Origin: Armatimonadota bacterium
GTDB taxonomy: Bacteria; Sysuimicrobiota; Sysuimicrobiia; Sysuimicrobiales; Kaftiobacteriaceae
Direction: 5' to 3'
NCBI GenBank assembly: GCA_037440005.1
Contig: JBBIUY010000035.1
Location: 1 to 31,877 of the forward strand
Length of the DNA: 31,877 nucleotides
The notes beneath the pieces are model-generated. The model was given only the letters and a program-made list of their open reading frames with translations, was not told where the DNA came from and did no database searches. The translations under genes and the position numbers were made by a program. Below, one piece after another: positions 7,309-15,739 of this stretch (position 1 is its first letter; every line of letters begins with the position of its first letter).

Positions 7309-8012
7309 GGTCGGGAGACGCAGGGGTGGCCGGGAATGTAGTAGCGCCACAGCCGGTCGGTCGCCACCCGGATGCCGATGCGCGGGCTGCGGGCCACCGG
7401 CACCGGACCGGAGCGCCCCCGGGCCAGGTACAGGGGCGGGCGGGTCAGGTCGGCGCCGTTGTGGGCGGAGGTGATCCCCATGGCCTGGGTGAGCCGCCCG
7501 GGTCCCGACGCCAGCAGCCGCCAGTCGTCGGTGCCGCGGCGGCGGCGCATCAGCTGGATCCCCTCCACCGGCTCCAGGGCCCGCAGCAGGACCGCGCCGG
7601 CGCGGCCGGCGGGTTCGGTCACCACGTTCACGCAGTAGTGGTTCCCGTAGCTGAAGTACACGTAGGCCACCCCCGGCGGGCCCCACATGATGGCGCTGCG
7701 GGGGGTGCGCCGGTAGGCGTGGCTGGCCGGGTCGCGGGGCCCCCGGTAGGCCTCCACCTCCACGATGCGGCCCGCCACCCGGCCCTCCGGGGTCTCGTGG
7801 ACCAGCAGGTGGCCCAGCAGGTCCCGGGCGACCTGCAGGGTCCCGCGGGCGAAGAAACCGCGGGGGAGGGGGACGTAGGCGCGGGGGCGCAGGACCGCGG
7901 GCAGGCGGGGCCGCGACGCCACCGCCGACCCGTCGTCCCGTGTCCGCCGCACGCCCGCCGTCCTCCCCCGGGTCGGTGCTTGCGGCGCGGTCCCGCTCCG
8001 GCGCCCCGTCAT
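7305..8012 (-). CDS. mpg: 3-methyladenine DNA glycosylase (MPG/AAG family)
   Basis: [47 protein letters not shown] and RIGI. The ATG overlaps the polX stop (ATGA); a later GTG start (~7923) is possible. Confidence 0.93.
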   Translation of the reverse strand: MTGRRSGTAPQAPTRGRTAGVRRTRDDGSAVASRPRLPAVLRPRAYVPLPRGFFARGTLQVARDLLGHLLVHETPEGRVAGRIVEVEAYRGPRDPASHAYRRTPRSAIMWGPPGVAYVYFSYGNHYCVNVVTEPAGRAGAVLLRALEPVEGIQLMRRRRGTDDWRLLASGPGRLTQAMGITSAHNGADLTRPPLYLARGRSGPVPVARSPRIGIRVATDRLWRYYIPGHPCVSRP

Positions 8013-9721
8013 CGCCTCAGCCAGTCCATCAGCTCGCGCAGGGGACGGGTGTTCAGCACGTGCTCTTTCTGCAGCCAGGCGCGGCGGGCGATGCCGATGC
8101 CGAACTGCATGTAGCGCAGCTGGTAGCGGTTGTGGGCGTCGGTGCTGATCACCAGCATCACCCCGCGCTCGCGGGCCATCTTAGCCTGCACGTCGTTGAG
8201 GTCCAGCCGTTCGGGAGAGGCGTTGATCTCCAGGGCGGTCCCGGTGCGGCGGGCGGCGTCCAGGACGGAGTCCAGGTCCACCTCGTAGGGCTCCCGCTGG
8301 CCCAGCAGCCGGCCGGTGGGGTGGCCCAGGATGTCGGTGTGGGGGTGCTCCAATGCCCGCACGATGCGTGCGGTCATCTCCCGGCGGCCCATCTTCAGGC
8401 GGGAGTGCACCGAGCAGACCACCACGTCCAGTTCCGCCAGCACCTCGTCGGGGTAGTCCAGCCGCCCGTCGGGCAGGATGTCGCACTCGGTGCCCATGAG
8501 CACGGCGATGCCCACCTTGTCGGACACCCGGCGGGCCAGCCGGGCGTGCTCCCGCAGTTCGTCCACCGGCACGCCGCCCACGAACTTCAGCGACTGGGAG
8601 TGGTCGGTGATGGCGATGTACTCGTAGCCCAGGGCCTGGGCCGCCCGGGCCATCTCCTCCAGGGTGTCGGAGCCGTCGCTCCAGCGGGTGTGCATCTGCA
8701 GGTCCCCGCGGATGTCGGACAGCTCCACCAGGCGCGGCAGGGCGCCCCGCTCGGCCAGCTCGATCTCCCCCTGGTCCTCCCGGATCTCGGGAGGGATCCA
8801 GGGCAGCCCCACCGCCGCGTACACCTCCTCCTCGGTGCGCCCGGCCACGCGCTGGTCCCCGGGCACCCGGAACACCCCGTACTCGTTGATCTTCAGCCCC
8901 CGCCGCACCGCCCGCTCCCGCAGCTTCACGTTGTGGTCCTTGCTGCCGGTGAAGTACTGCAGCGCCGCCCCGAACGCGTCGGGCTCCACCACCCGCACGT
9001 CGGCCTGGATGCCCACGTCCAGGATGACGCTGCTGCGGGTGGGCCCGCGGGCCAGGACCTGCCGCACCCGGGGGAAGGTGGTGAAGACGTCCATCACCGG
9101 GTCCGGCCGGGCGCTGGTGACCAGGATGTCGATGTCGCCGATGGTCTCCTTCATGCGCCGCAGGCTGCCGGCCAGGCTGATCTGGTCCACCTCGGGGACG
9201 GCCCGCAGCGCCTCCAGCAGGTCCTGGGCGTGGGGGAGGACCTGGCCGATGGGCAGGCGCTCCTTGGTGCGTCGCAGCAGCGCGATCCCCTTGAGGATGT
9301 TCTCCTCGGTCTTGGCGCCCATGCGGGGGAGGGTGCGGATGCGCCCGTCCCGGGCCGCCTGCTCCAGCTGGTCGATGGTGGTGATGCCCAGCTTCTCGTA
9401 CAGCAGCAGCGCCGTCTTGGGGCCCACCTCGGGGACCGACATCAGGGTCGTGATGCCCGGCGGCAGCTGGGAGCGCAGCTCCTCGTAGTACTTGCAGGTG
9501 CCGGTCTCCAGGTACTCCCGGATCTTCTCGGCGGTGCCCTTGCCGATGCCCGGGATCTCCTCCAGCTCGCCCCGGGCGGCGACGGCGGCCACGTCCTCGG
9601 TGAGGCCCTCCAGGGCCCGGGCGGCCCGGCGGTAGGCGGTGATGCGGAAGGGGGACTCGCCCTTGATCTCCAGCATGTCGGCGATGTCGTTGAACATCGC
9701 CGCGATCTCGCGGTTTTTCAT
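8009..9721 (-). CDS. polX: DNA polymerase X with C-terminal PHP exonuclease domain
   Basis: HhH motifs, [16 protein letters not shown] (DxD), [14 protein letters not shown], and PHP motifs DLQMHT, ITDHS and STDAH; 570 aa. Confidence 0.96.
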   Translation of the reverse strand: MKNREIAAMFNDIADMLEIKGESPFRITAYRRAARALEGLTEDVAAVAARGELEEIPGIGKGTAEKIREYLETGTCKYYEELRSQLPPGITTLMSVPEVGPKTALLLYEKLGITTIDQLEQAARDGRIRTLPRMGAKTEENILKGIALLRRTKERLPIGQVLPHAQDLLEALRAVPEVDQISLAGSLRRMKETIGDIDILVTSARPDPVMDVFTTFPRVRQVLARGPTRSSVILDVGIQADVRVVEPDAFGAALQYFTGSKDHNVKLRERAVRRGLKINEYGVFRVPGDQRVAGRTEEEVYAAVGLPWIPPEIREDQGEIELAERGALPRLVELSDIRGDLQMHTRWSDGSDTLEEMARAAQALGYEYIAITDHSQSLKFVGGVPVDELREHARLARRVSDKVGIAVLMGTECDILPDGRLDYPDEVLAELDVVVCSVHSRLKMGRREMTARIVRALEHPHTDILGHPTGRLLGQREPYEVDLDSVLDAARRTGTALEINASPERLDLNDVQAKMARERGVMLVISTDAHNRYQLRYMQFGIGIARRAWLQKEHVLNTRPLRELMDWLRR

Positions 9722-9796
9722 GGCGGCTCAGCCCCGCAGCCCGCCGGCGCGGTCCCGGGGAGAAGGTTTCGCACCGGCGGCCGGCCCCCCTCCGGC

Positions 9797-9818
9797 CCGG
9801 GGGTCCTCCACCCCCGGG
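9797..9818 (-). terminator. GC hairpin directly after the cvpA stop (no U-tract)
   Basis: CCCGGGGG-TCCTCC-A-CCCCCGGG inverted repeat. Confidence 0.35.
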
Positions 9819-9820
9819 CG

Positions 9821-10330
9821 TCAGAAGCGGGTCGGCTCGCTTCCCAGGGGGCGCAGCGCCGGGGGCAGCACCCGGGCCAGGGCGCGGGCGCCGTCCCGGT
9901 GCACCCGCACCGCCAGGGGCGCCAGCGCCGACCGCTGGAGGTCCCGGGACACGGGATCGTGCAGCGGGGAGGCCAGCAGCCATCCCGCCAGCGCCGCGCA
10001 CAGCAGCGCACCCTTGGCGGCGCCGACCGCCAGACCCGCCAGGCGGGAGGACACGGACAGCGTCCCCCGCTCCAGCAGCGCGGAGGCGAGGGCGCCGACA
10101 AAAGCGTACACGCCCAGCAGGAGCACCGCGAAGGCCGCCGCAGCCGCCCACGCCCCGGGCAGGCGGACGGCGCGCAGGACCAGGGCCAGCGACGGGTACC
10201 ACGCCGACGCCGCCAGGTATCCGGCCACGACGCCGACGGCGCCGAGCAGGGCCACCGCCGCGCCCCGACGCAGGCCGTGCAGCGCCGCCAGCGCCAGGAC
10301 GGCCACGATGGCCCAGTCCAGCCAGGTCAC
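9821..10330 (-). CDS. cvpA: CvpA family membrane protein
   Basis: MTWLDWAIVAVLALAALHGLRRG N-terminal signature, about four hydrophobic segments, and the conserved position between pheT and polX. Confidence 0.85.
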   Translation of the reverse strand: MTWLDWAIVAVLALAALHGLRRGAAVALLGAVGVVAGYLAASAWYPSLALVLRAVRLPGAWAAAAAFAVLLLGVYAFVGALASALLERGTLSVSSRLAGLAVGAAKGALLCAALAGWLLASPLHDPVSRDLQRSALAPLAVRVHRDGARALARVLPPALRPLGSEPTRF

Positions 10331-10336
10331 GAGCGC

Positions 10337-10342
10337 ATTATA
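10337..10342 (-). promoter_or_regulatory. TATAAT -10 box giving a leaderless cvpA transcript
   Basis: The minus strand reads TAA(pheT stop)-TATAAT-GCGCTC-GTG(cvpA start); no SD. Confidence 0.65.
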
Positions 10343-12406
10343 TTACTCGCGAATTTTCGCCCGCAACCGCTGCTCCAGCGCCCACCGCACCGCCGCCACC
10401 GCCTCGTCCGCCTCCTCGGCCGACAGGGTGCGCTCGGAGGAGCGGAACGTCAGGGCGAACGCCAGGCTGCGGTGCCCGGGGGGGACCGGCGGCCCCGTGT
10501 ACACGTCGAACAGCTCGACCGCTTCCAGGTGCGGCCCGGCGGATTCGGTGAGGACGCGGTGGACCTCAGCCGCCGGGACGTCGGCGGACACCACCACGGC
10601 GATGTCCCGGCGCACCGGCGGAAACCGCGGCGGCGGGGTGAAGCGCGGGTGGAACACCGCCCGGGCCAGCAGCGCCTCCAGGTCCAGGTGCGCCGCGTAG
10701 ACCGACGGTGGCAGGTCGAAGGCGGCGGCCACGTCCGGGTGCAGTTCGCCCAGCTGCCCGATCTCCTGGCCGTCCAGGGACAGCCGCGCCGAGCGGCCCG
10801 GGCGCAGCCAGGGGACGTCGGCTGCTTCCACCTCGGCTCCCCCGATCCGCAGCTCGCCCAGCAGACCCTCGACGATGCCCTTGAGGTGGTAGTAGGAGGC
10901 GGTCACCGCCTCGGCGGGCAGGTTCCAGGCGCCCGTCATCAGCCGGCCGGTCGTCACCACGCCCAGCCGCCGGCGCTCCACCACCCCGTCGCCGGCCGGG
11001 TGGAAGGTGCGGCCGATCTCAAACAGGTGGACGTCGCCCACCCGGCGGCTGACGTTCGCCCGCACGGCCTCCAGCAGGCCCACCAGCAGCGTCGTGCGCA
11101 GGTGGGTGTGGTCGTCCACCAGGGGGTTGCGCAGCGCCACCATCGCCCGCCAGGGGTGGTCGGGGGGCAGGCGCAGGCGGTCCAGGGCCCGGGGGTGGGT
11201 CAGCGAGACCGTGAGGGCTTCGGTGAGGCCGGCGCGGATCAGGACGTCGCGCACCGCGCGCTCGGCCCGCAGGGCCGGCGCCCACGCCCCCTGGGCCGTC
11301 ACCTCCAGGGGCAGGGTCTCGGGGATGCGGTCGTAGCCGTGGTGGCGCGCCACCTCCTCGATGAGGTCTTCCGGCCGCTCCACGTCCCGGCGGAACGACG
11401 GCACCTGCACCGCCAGCCGGTCGCCCTCCCGGCGGACGGTAAACCCCAGGCCGGTCAGGATCGCGGCGCCCCGGTCGAGGGAGATCTCCACCCCCAGCAG
11501 GCGGGAGACCCTGGACCAGGGCAGCTCCACCGTCCGCGCCGGCGCGGGGGAGGGGTAGTGGTCCAGAGGCTGCGGGAGGACCCGGCCTCCGGCGATCTCC
11601 TGCAGCAGGTACTGGGCGCGGGCGGAGGCGGCGGCCACGGCGTCCACGTCCACCCCGCGCTCGAAGCGGGCGCTGCTTTCGGTGCGCACCCCCAGCCGCT
11701 TGCTGGTGCGGCGGATGAGCGGCGGGTGCCAGGCGGCCGCCTCCAGCAGGACCCGCCGGGTAGCGGGGCGGATCTCGGTGTCGGCGCCCCCGATGATGCC
11801 GGCGATGCCCACCGCCCGCTCGGCGTCGGCCACCACCAGGGTCTGGGCGTCCAGGGTGCGCTCCACCCCGTCCAGGGTCTGCAGGCGCTCTCCCGGGCGC
11901 GCCAGGCGCACCACCAGCCGTCCGCCGCGGATCTGGTCGTAGTCGAAGGCGTGCATGGGCTGGCCCAGCTCCAGCATCACGTAGTTGGTCACGTCCACCA
12001 CGGTGTTGATGCTGCGCACCCCGCAGGCCTCCAGCCGCCGGGCCATCCACGCCGGCGTGGGGCCCACCCGCACGTCGGTGATCAGCGCCGCGGTGAAGCG
12101 CGGACACAGGGCCGGCTCCTGCACCTCCACCCGGACGTAGTCGGCGGTGGGAGGCCCCTCGCGCCGCACCGGGGCCGCGGGCGGGCGCACGGCGGTCCGG
12201 GCGGCCGCCGCCAGCTCCCGGGCGACGCCCAGGTGGCTCATCAAATCTCCCCGGTTGGCCGGGATCTCCAGGTCGAAGACGGCGTCGTCGCCCGTCTTGT
12301 CCACGGCGTCCACGCCGATCCCCAGCATCGGCAGCCGGTCGGCGAGCTCCTCGGCCGTCCACGGGATGTCCACCAGCTCCTTCAGCCAGGACAGCAGGAC
12401 TCTCAC
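10343..12406 (-). CDS. pheT: Phenylalanine--tRNA ligase beta subunit (short form without the B2 OB-fold)
   Basis: LEIPANRGDLMSHLGVARE, DVTNYVMLELGQPMHAFD, RFERGVD, DLIEEVAR and the C-terminal FDX-ACB domain; 687 aa. Confidence 0.96.
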   Translation of the reverse strand: MRVLLSWLKELVDIPWTAEELADRLPMLGIGVDAVDKTGDDAVFDLEIPANRGDLMSHLGVARELAAAARTAVRPPAAPVRREGPPTADYVRVEVQEPALCPRFTAALITDVRVGPTPAWMARRLEACGVRSINTVVDVTNYVMLELGQPMHAFDYDQIRGGRLVVRLARPGERLQTLDGVERTLDAQTLVVADAERAVGIAGIIGGADTEIRPATRRVLLEAAAWHPPLIRRTSKRLGVRTESSARFERGVDVDAVAAASARAQYLLQEIAGGRVLPQPLDHYPSPAPARTVELPWSRVSRLLGVEISLDRGAAILTGLGFTVRREGDRLAVQVPSFRRDVERPEDLIEEVARHHGYDRIPETLPLEVTAQGAWAPALRAERAVRDVLIRAGLTEALTVSLTHPRALDRLRLPPDHPWRAMVALRNPLVDDHTHLRTTLLVGLLEAVRANVSRRVGDVHLFEIGRTFHPAGDGVVERRRLGVVTTGRLMTGAWNLPAEAVTASYYHLKGIVEGLLGELRIGGAEVEAADVPWLRPGRSARLSLDGQEIGQLGELHPDVAAAFDLPPSVYAAHLDLEALLARAVFHPRFTPPPRFPPVRRDIAVVVSADVPAAEVHRVLTESAGPHLEAVELFDVYTGPPVPPGHRSLAFALTFRSSERTLSAEEADEAVAAVRWALEQRLRAKIRE

Positions 12407-12424
12407 CGGGCACCTCCCCGGTCG

Positions 12425-13408
12425 TCAGAACTGCTCCAGCAGCCGCAGGTCGTTGTCCCAGAACAACCGGATGTCGGGGATCCCGTAGCGGACCATGGCC
12501 GGACGGTCCACGCCCAGCCCGAAGGCCAGGGCGGTGTAGCGGGCGGGATCGATGCCGGCCATCTCCAGCACCCGGGGGTGGAACATCCCGCACCCGCCCA
12601 GCTCCAGCCAGCGGCCGCCGTAGCGCACGGCCACCTCGGCGCTGGGCTCGGTGAAGGGGAAGTAGCTGGGCACAAACCGCGTCACGGCGTCCGGACCGAA
12701 CATCTGGCGGGCGAACGACGCCAGGATGCCCTTCAGGTCGGCCATGGTGACCCGCTCGCCCACCATGAAGCCGTCCACCTGGTGGAACAGGGGCATGTGG
12801 GTGGCGTCGGGAGCGTCCCGGCGGTAGCAGCGCCCGTAGGTCAGCACCCGCATGGGCGGCCGGCGGCCCGCCATCACCCGCACGTCCACCACCGTGGTGT
12901 GGGTGCGCAGCAGCAGGTCGTCGCTGAGGTAGAAGGAGTCCTGGGCGTCCCGGGCGGGGTGGTCGCGCCCCATGTTCAGCCGCTCGAAGTTGAACTCGTC
13001 GGTCTCCACCTCGGTGCCGTCCACGATCTCAAAGCCCAGGCCGTGGAAGATCTCCAGCATCTCCTCCAGGGTGCGGGTCAGCACGTGGAGGCGGCCCCAC
13101 CGCCACCGCCTGCCCGGCAGGGTGACATCCAGCGCCTCGGCGGCCTGGCGGGCGGCGGACCGGGCCAGGTCCTCGCGCCGGCGGCCCAGGGCGTCTTCCA
13201 GCCGCCGGCGCAGGTCGTTCAGGCGCCGCCCCACCTCCGGCCGCCGGTCCGCGGGCAGGGTGGGCAGGCGGTCAAACCAGTCCGCGACCACCCCCCGGCG
13301 GCCCAGGTACCGGCGCCGGACGTCCTCCAGCGCCTCCAGGCTCTGGGCGGCTTCCACCGCCGCCAGGGCCTCCTGCTCGATCCTGTCCAGGTCCGGCGCC
13401 TCGGTCAC
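12425..13408 (-). CDS. pheS: Phenylalanine--tRNA ligase alpha subunit
   Basis: HPARDAQDSFY, GRCYRRD..DATH, YFPFTEPS and AFGLGVDR. RBS GAGGAGG precedes the GTG at 13408. Confidence 0.96.
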   Translation of the reverse strand: MTEAPDLDRIEQEALAAVEAAQSLEALEDVRRRYLGRRGVVADWFDRLPTLPADRRPEVGRRLNDLRRRLEDALGRRREDLARSAARQAAEALDVTLPGRRWRWGRLHVLTRTLEEMLEIFHGLGFEIVDGTEVETDEFNFERLNMGRDHPARDAQDSFYLSDDLLLRTHTTVVDVRVMAGRRPPMRVLTYGRCYRRDAPDATHMPLFHQVDGFMVGERVTMADLKGILASFARQMFGPDAVTRFVPSYFPFTEPSAEVAVRYGGRWLELGGCGMFHPRVLEMAGIDPARYTALAFGLGVDRPAMVRYGIPDIRLFWDNDLRLLEQF

Positions 13409-13421
13409 GGCGCACCTCCTC

Positions 13422-13718
13422 GAAAACACCAGCGCCGCCTTCCTCCCCAAGGGCGAAAGCGGCGCTTCCGCGGTACCACCCTGCTTCCGACCCGCCCGGC
13501 GGCCTCACCTTGCGGCCGCCTGCCCGACGGGCCGGCGCTCGTCCCCGGTCACGGCGGGTCCGGACCGCCTACCGGGCGCCGGGCGTGGGGCCCCGCGCCG
13601 TTCAGCGGCCGGCTCGGGAGGGAACTTCCTCCGGCCGGATCCCGGGAAGGCTGTGCAGCCTGCGGCCTCCCCTCTCTGGCGGGCCCGGCGCGGAGTACTC
13701 GCTCCGTCACAGCCGGCT
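13422..13718 (-). ncRNA. T-box riboswitch, Phe-specific
   Basis: The minus strand has AGTA, AGAGA and GCTG stem I motifs, specifier TTC (13624-13622), T-box AGCAGGGTGGTACCGCGG (TGGTACC at 13478-13472), and terminator GCGCCGCTTTC...GAAGGCGGCGC-TGGTGTTTT. Confidence 0.93.
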
Positions 13719-13720
13719 GT

Positions 13721-13849
13721 TCAGTTCAACGACACCTTCAGGATCACGACCCTGCCCAGCGGACGAAACCGCCGGTAGGCCAGGTACGCCCAGATGGAAC
13801 CGGTGCACTCAAACAGCCGCCACAGCATGTCCCGAGTCACCAGCTGCAC
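13721..13849 (-). CDS. YqzL-like small protein, 42 aa
   Basis: Strong RBS GAAGGAGGGGGAGG then GTG at 13849. MQLVTRDMLWRLFECTGSIWAYLAYRR carries the W..F..TG.I.AYL.Y pattern of YqzL. Confidence 0.75.
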   Translation of the reverse strand: MQLVTRDMLWRLFECTGSIWAYLAYRRFRPLGRVVILKVSLN

Positions 13850-13926
13850 GGAACCCTCCCCCTCCTTCGCGGAGCCGTCAAGACCCCGCGTCCGGTTCAA
13901 GTCCCTGGCGTACGCTGTTGGCACGA

Positions 13927-13935
13927 AGTATAACA
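13927..13935 (-). promoter_or_regulatory. Extended -10 promoter for yqzL-like gene / T-box / pheST
   Basis: TGtTATACT at 13935-13927. Confidence 0.65.
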
Positions 13936-13946
13936 AAAAACCGGAC

Positions 13947-14050
13947 GAGGGAAAAGGGAAAAAGGGATGACAGCGCTCCGGAATCTACCCAGTGCCGTCA
14001 CTCCCTCTTCCCTCTTCCTTCTTCCTTCTTCCCTCTTCCCTCTTCCCTCC
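13947..14050. repeat. Heptamer tandem repeats (TCC(C/T)TCT x7) paired with an inverted purine arm, forming a long imperfect hairpin
   Basis: 14002-14050 = tccctct tccctct tccttct tccttct tccctct tccctct tccctcc; 13947-13970 = gagggaaaagggaaaaagggatga. Confidence 0.85.
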
Positions 14051-14842
14051 CGCACGGCGGGCTTCGTACAGCAGCAGGCCGGCGGCCAGAGCCACGTTGA
14101 GGGACTCGGCCCTCCCGTACAGCGGGATCCGGACGGTGGACTCCGCGGCCCGGTGCCACTCCGGGGCGGGCCCCCGGGCCTCGCTGCCCACCACGAGGGC
14201 CACCGGCGGCGTGTAGTCGGCCCGGGTGTACTCGACGGCTCCCCGAGGGTCGGCCACCAGCACCCGCACCCGGTGGCGGGCCAGGCGCTGGACGGCCTGG
14301 GAGGCGGGCGCGGTGATCACCGGCAGGTGGAACAGCGACCCCATGGAGGCCCGCACCACCTTGGGGTGGAACGGGTCCACCCCGTCGCTGGCGAGCACGG
14401 CGGTGGCGCCGGCGGCGTCGGCCGCGCGGACGATGGCGCCCAGGTTGCCGGGGTCCTGGACCCCGTCGGCCACCATCAGCAGCAGCCCGGGAGCCCCCAG
14501 CACCGCCTGCTCGTCCGCCGTCGGCCGGCGGACCACCGCCACCAGACCCTGGGGCGTCTCCACCTGGCTGCAGGCCGCCACCACGTGAGGCGCGGCCGGC
14601 ACCAGCCGGGCGCCCTGCTGCCGCGCCCGCGCCAGCACCGCCGCGGCGCGGCTGGTGGCGGCGGCCGGGTCGTAGACCAGGACGTCAATGGGGACCCCGG
14701 CCTCCAGCGCCTCCTCCAGCAGCCGCACGCCCTCCACCACCAGACGCCCCTCCGCCTCGCGGGCGTCCCGGTCGGCGAGGGCGCGGATGCGGCGGACCAG
14801 GGGGTTGCGCGTGCTCGTGAGCAGAGGGGTCACCGGGCGCAC
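13985..14842 (-). CDS. TrmH/SpoU family RNA methyltransferase
   Basis: QDPGNLGAIVRAADAAG, VGSEARG and IPLYGRAESLNVA SPOUT motifs. Start is uncertain (14842 or 14833). Confidence 0.93.
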   Translation of the reverse strand: MRPVTPLLTSTRNPLVRRIRALADRDAREAEGRLVVEGVRLLEEALEAGVPIDVLVYDPAAATSRAAAVLARARQQGARLVPAAPHVVAACSQVETPQGLVAVVRRPTADEQAVLGAPGLLLMVADGVQDPGNLGAIVRAADAAGATAVLASDGVDPFHPKVVRASMGSLFHLPVITAPASQAVQRLARHRVRVLVADPRGAVEYTRADYTPPVALVVGSEARGPAPEWHRAAESTVRIPLYGRAESLNVALAAGLLLYEARRAGGKREEGRRKKEEGRGSDGTG

Positions 14843-14938
14843 AGCGGATGGGTCGGTGTTCCCGCCGTTTCGGCGGACCGTCGTCGCCGGCGGACGGAGG
14901 CGCGTGGAGGGAGGATCTCCCCGCGTGGCGCCGCCCCG

Positions 14939-15586
14939 CTACAGGGCCGACTCCAGGCGCGCCAGGGCCTGCTTTTCGCCGAAGACCACCAGCACGTCGC
15001 CGGCCCGCAGCTGCGTCTCCCCGCCCGGCGCCACCAGGATCTGGCTGTCCCGCTTCAGCAGCAGGATGTTGACCCCGTACCGGGCCCGCAGGTCCAGGTC
15101 GCTCAGCGTCTTGCCCTCAAACCGCTGGCCCACGCTGACTTCCTCCACCAGCAGGTTGGGGGACAGTTCCAGCAGGTCCACCACGTGCCGGCTGGCCAGG
15201 CTGCGGGCCACCCGCACCGCCATGTCCCGCTCGGGGCGGATGACCAGGTCGGCGCCCACCTTCTCCAGGACTCGGGCCTGCAGCTCGTCCACCGCCTTGC
15301 TGACCACCTTCTTGCAGCCCATCTCCTTGAGGATCAGGGTGGTCAGGATGCTCTCCTGGATCCCGGCGCCGATGGCCACCACCACGGCGTCGAAGTTGGT
15401 GATGCCCACCGCCCGCAGGGCCTCCGGGTCGGTGGAGTCCAGCTGGACGGCGTGGGTGCAGCAGTCCTGGACCCGGCGCAGGGCGTCCTCGTTCTTGTCG
15501 ATGGCCAGCACGTTGTGGCCCATCTCGTACAGGGTCCGCACCACGTTGCTGCCGAACCGCCCGATGCCGACGACCGCGAAATCCAT
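14939..15586 (-). CDS. ktrA: KtrA/TrkA family potassium uptake regulatory (RCK) subunit
   Basis: FAVVGIGRFG Rossmann motif, IRPERDMA and an RCK_C domain; 215 aa. Confidence 0.92.
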   Translation of the reverse strand: MDFAVVGIGRFGSNVVRTLYEMGHNVLAIDKNEDALRRVQDCCTHAVQLDSTDPEALRAVGITNFDAVVVAIGAGIQESILTTLILKEMGCKKVVSKAVDELQARVLEKVGADLVIRPERDMAVRVARSLASRHVVDLLELSPNLLVEEVSVGQRFEGKTLSDLDLRARYGVNILLLKRDSQILVAPGGETQLRAGDVLVVFGEKQALARLESAL

Positions 15587-15617
15587 GGCCCATCGCCTCC
15601 CTACGGCCCACCCCGGT

Positions 15618-15646
15618 AGAATACCAGGACCCCCGGACGCTCACAA
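15618..15646 (-). promoter_or_regulatory. Internal promoter upstream of ktrA
   Basis: TTGTGA (15646-15641), N17, TATTCT (15623-15618), with TG at the extended position. Confidence 0.55.
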
Positions 15647-15739
15647 TAACGCCGGCGCGGGCCTTCCTCCGTCAGGCGGGGGCGTCGCAGGGTGCCCGGA
15701 TCGCCCGGACTCCCCGGGCCCCCGGGGCCGTCACGGGGG

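Noticed and set aside
8686..8706. PolX PHP motif QMH instead of HxH as a sign of inactivation
   Set aside because: QxH is seen in functional bacterial PolX PHP domains, and the other metal ligands are present.
7940..13933. 1997-aa plus-strand ORF
   Set aside because: Antisense shadow of polX, cvpA and pheST. High GC3 removes stops on the opposite strand, and no domain motifs are recognisable.
15587..15739. c-di-AMP (ydaO) riboswitch upstream of ktrA or ktrB
   Set aside because: No recognisable ydaO motifs; the ktrA leader is very short, and the rplT-ktrB gap is 34 bp.
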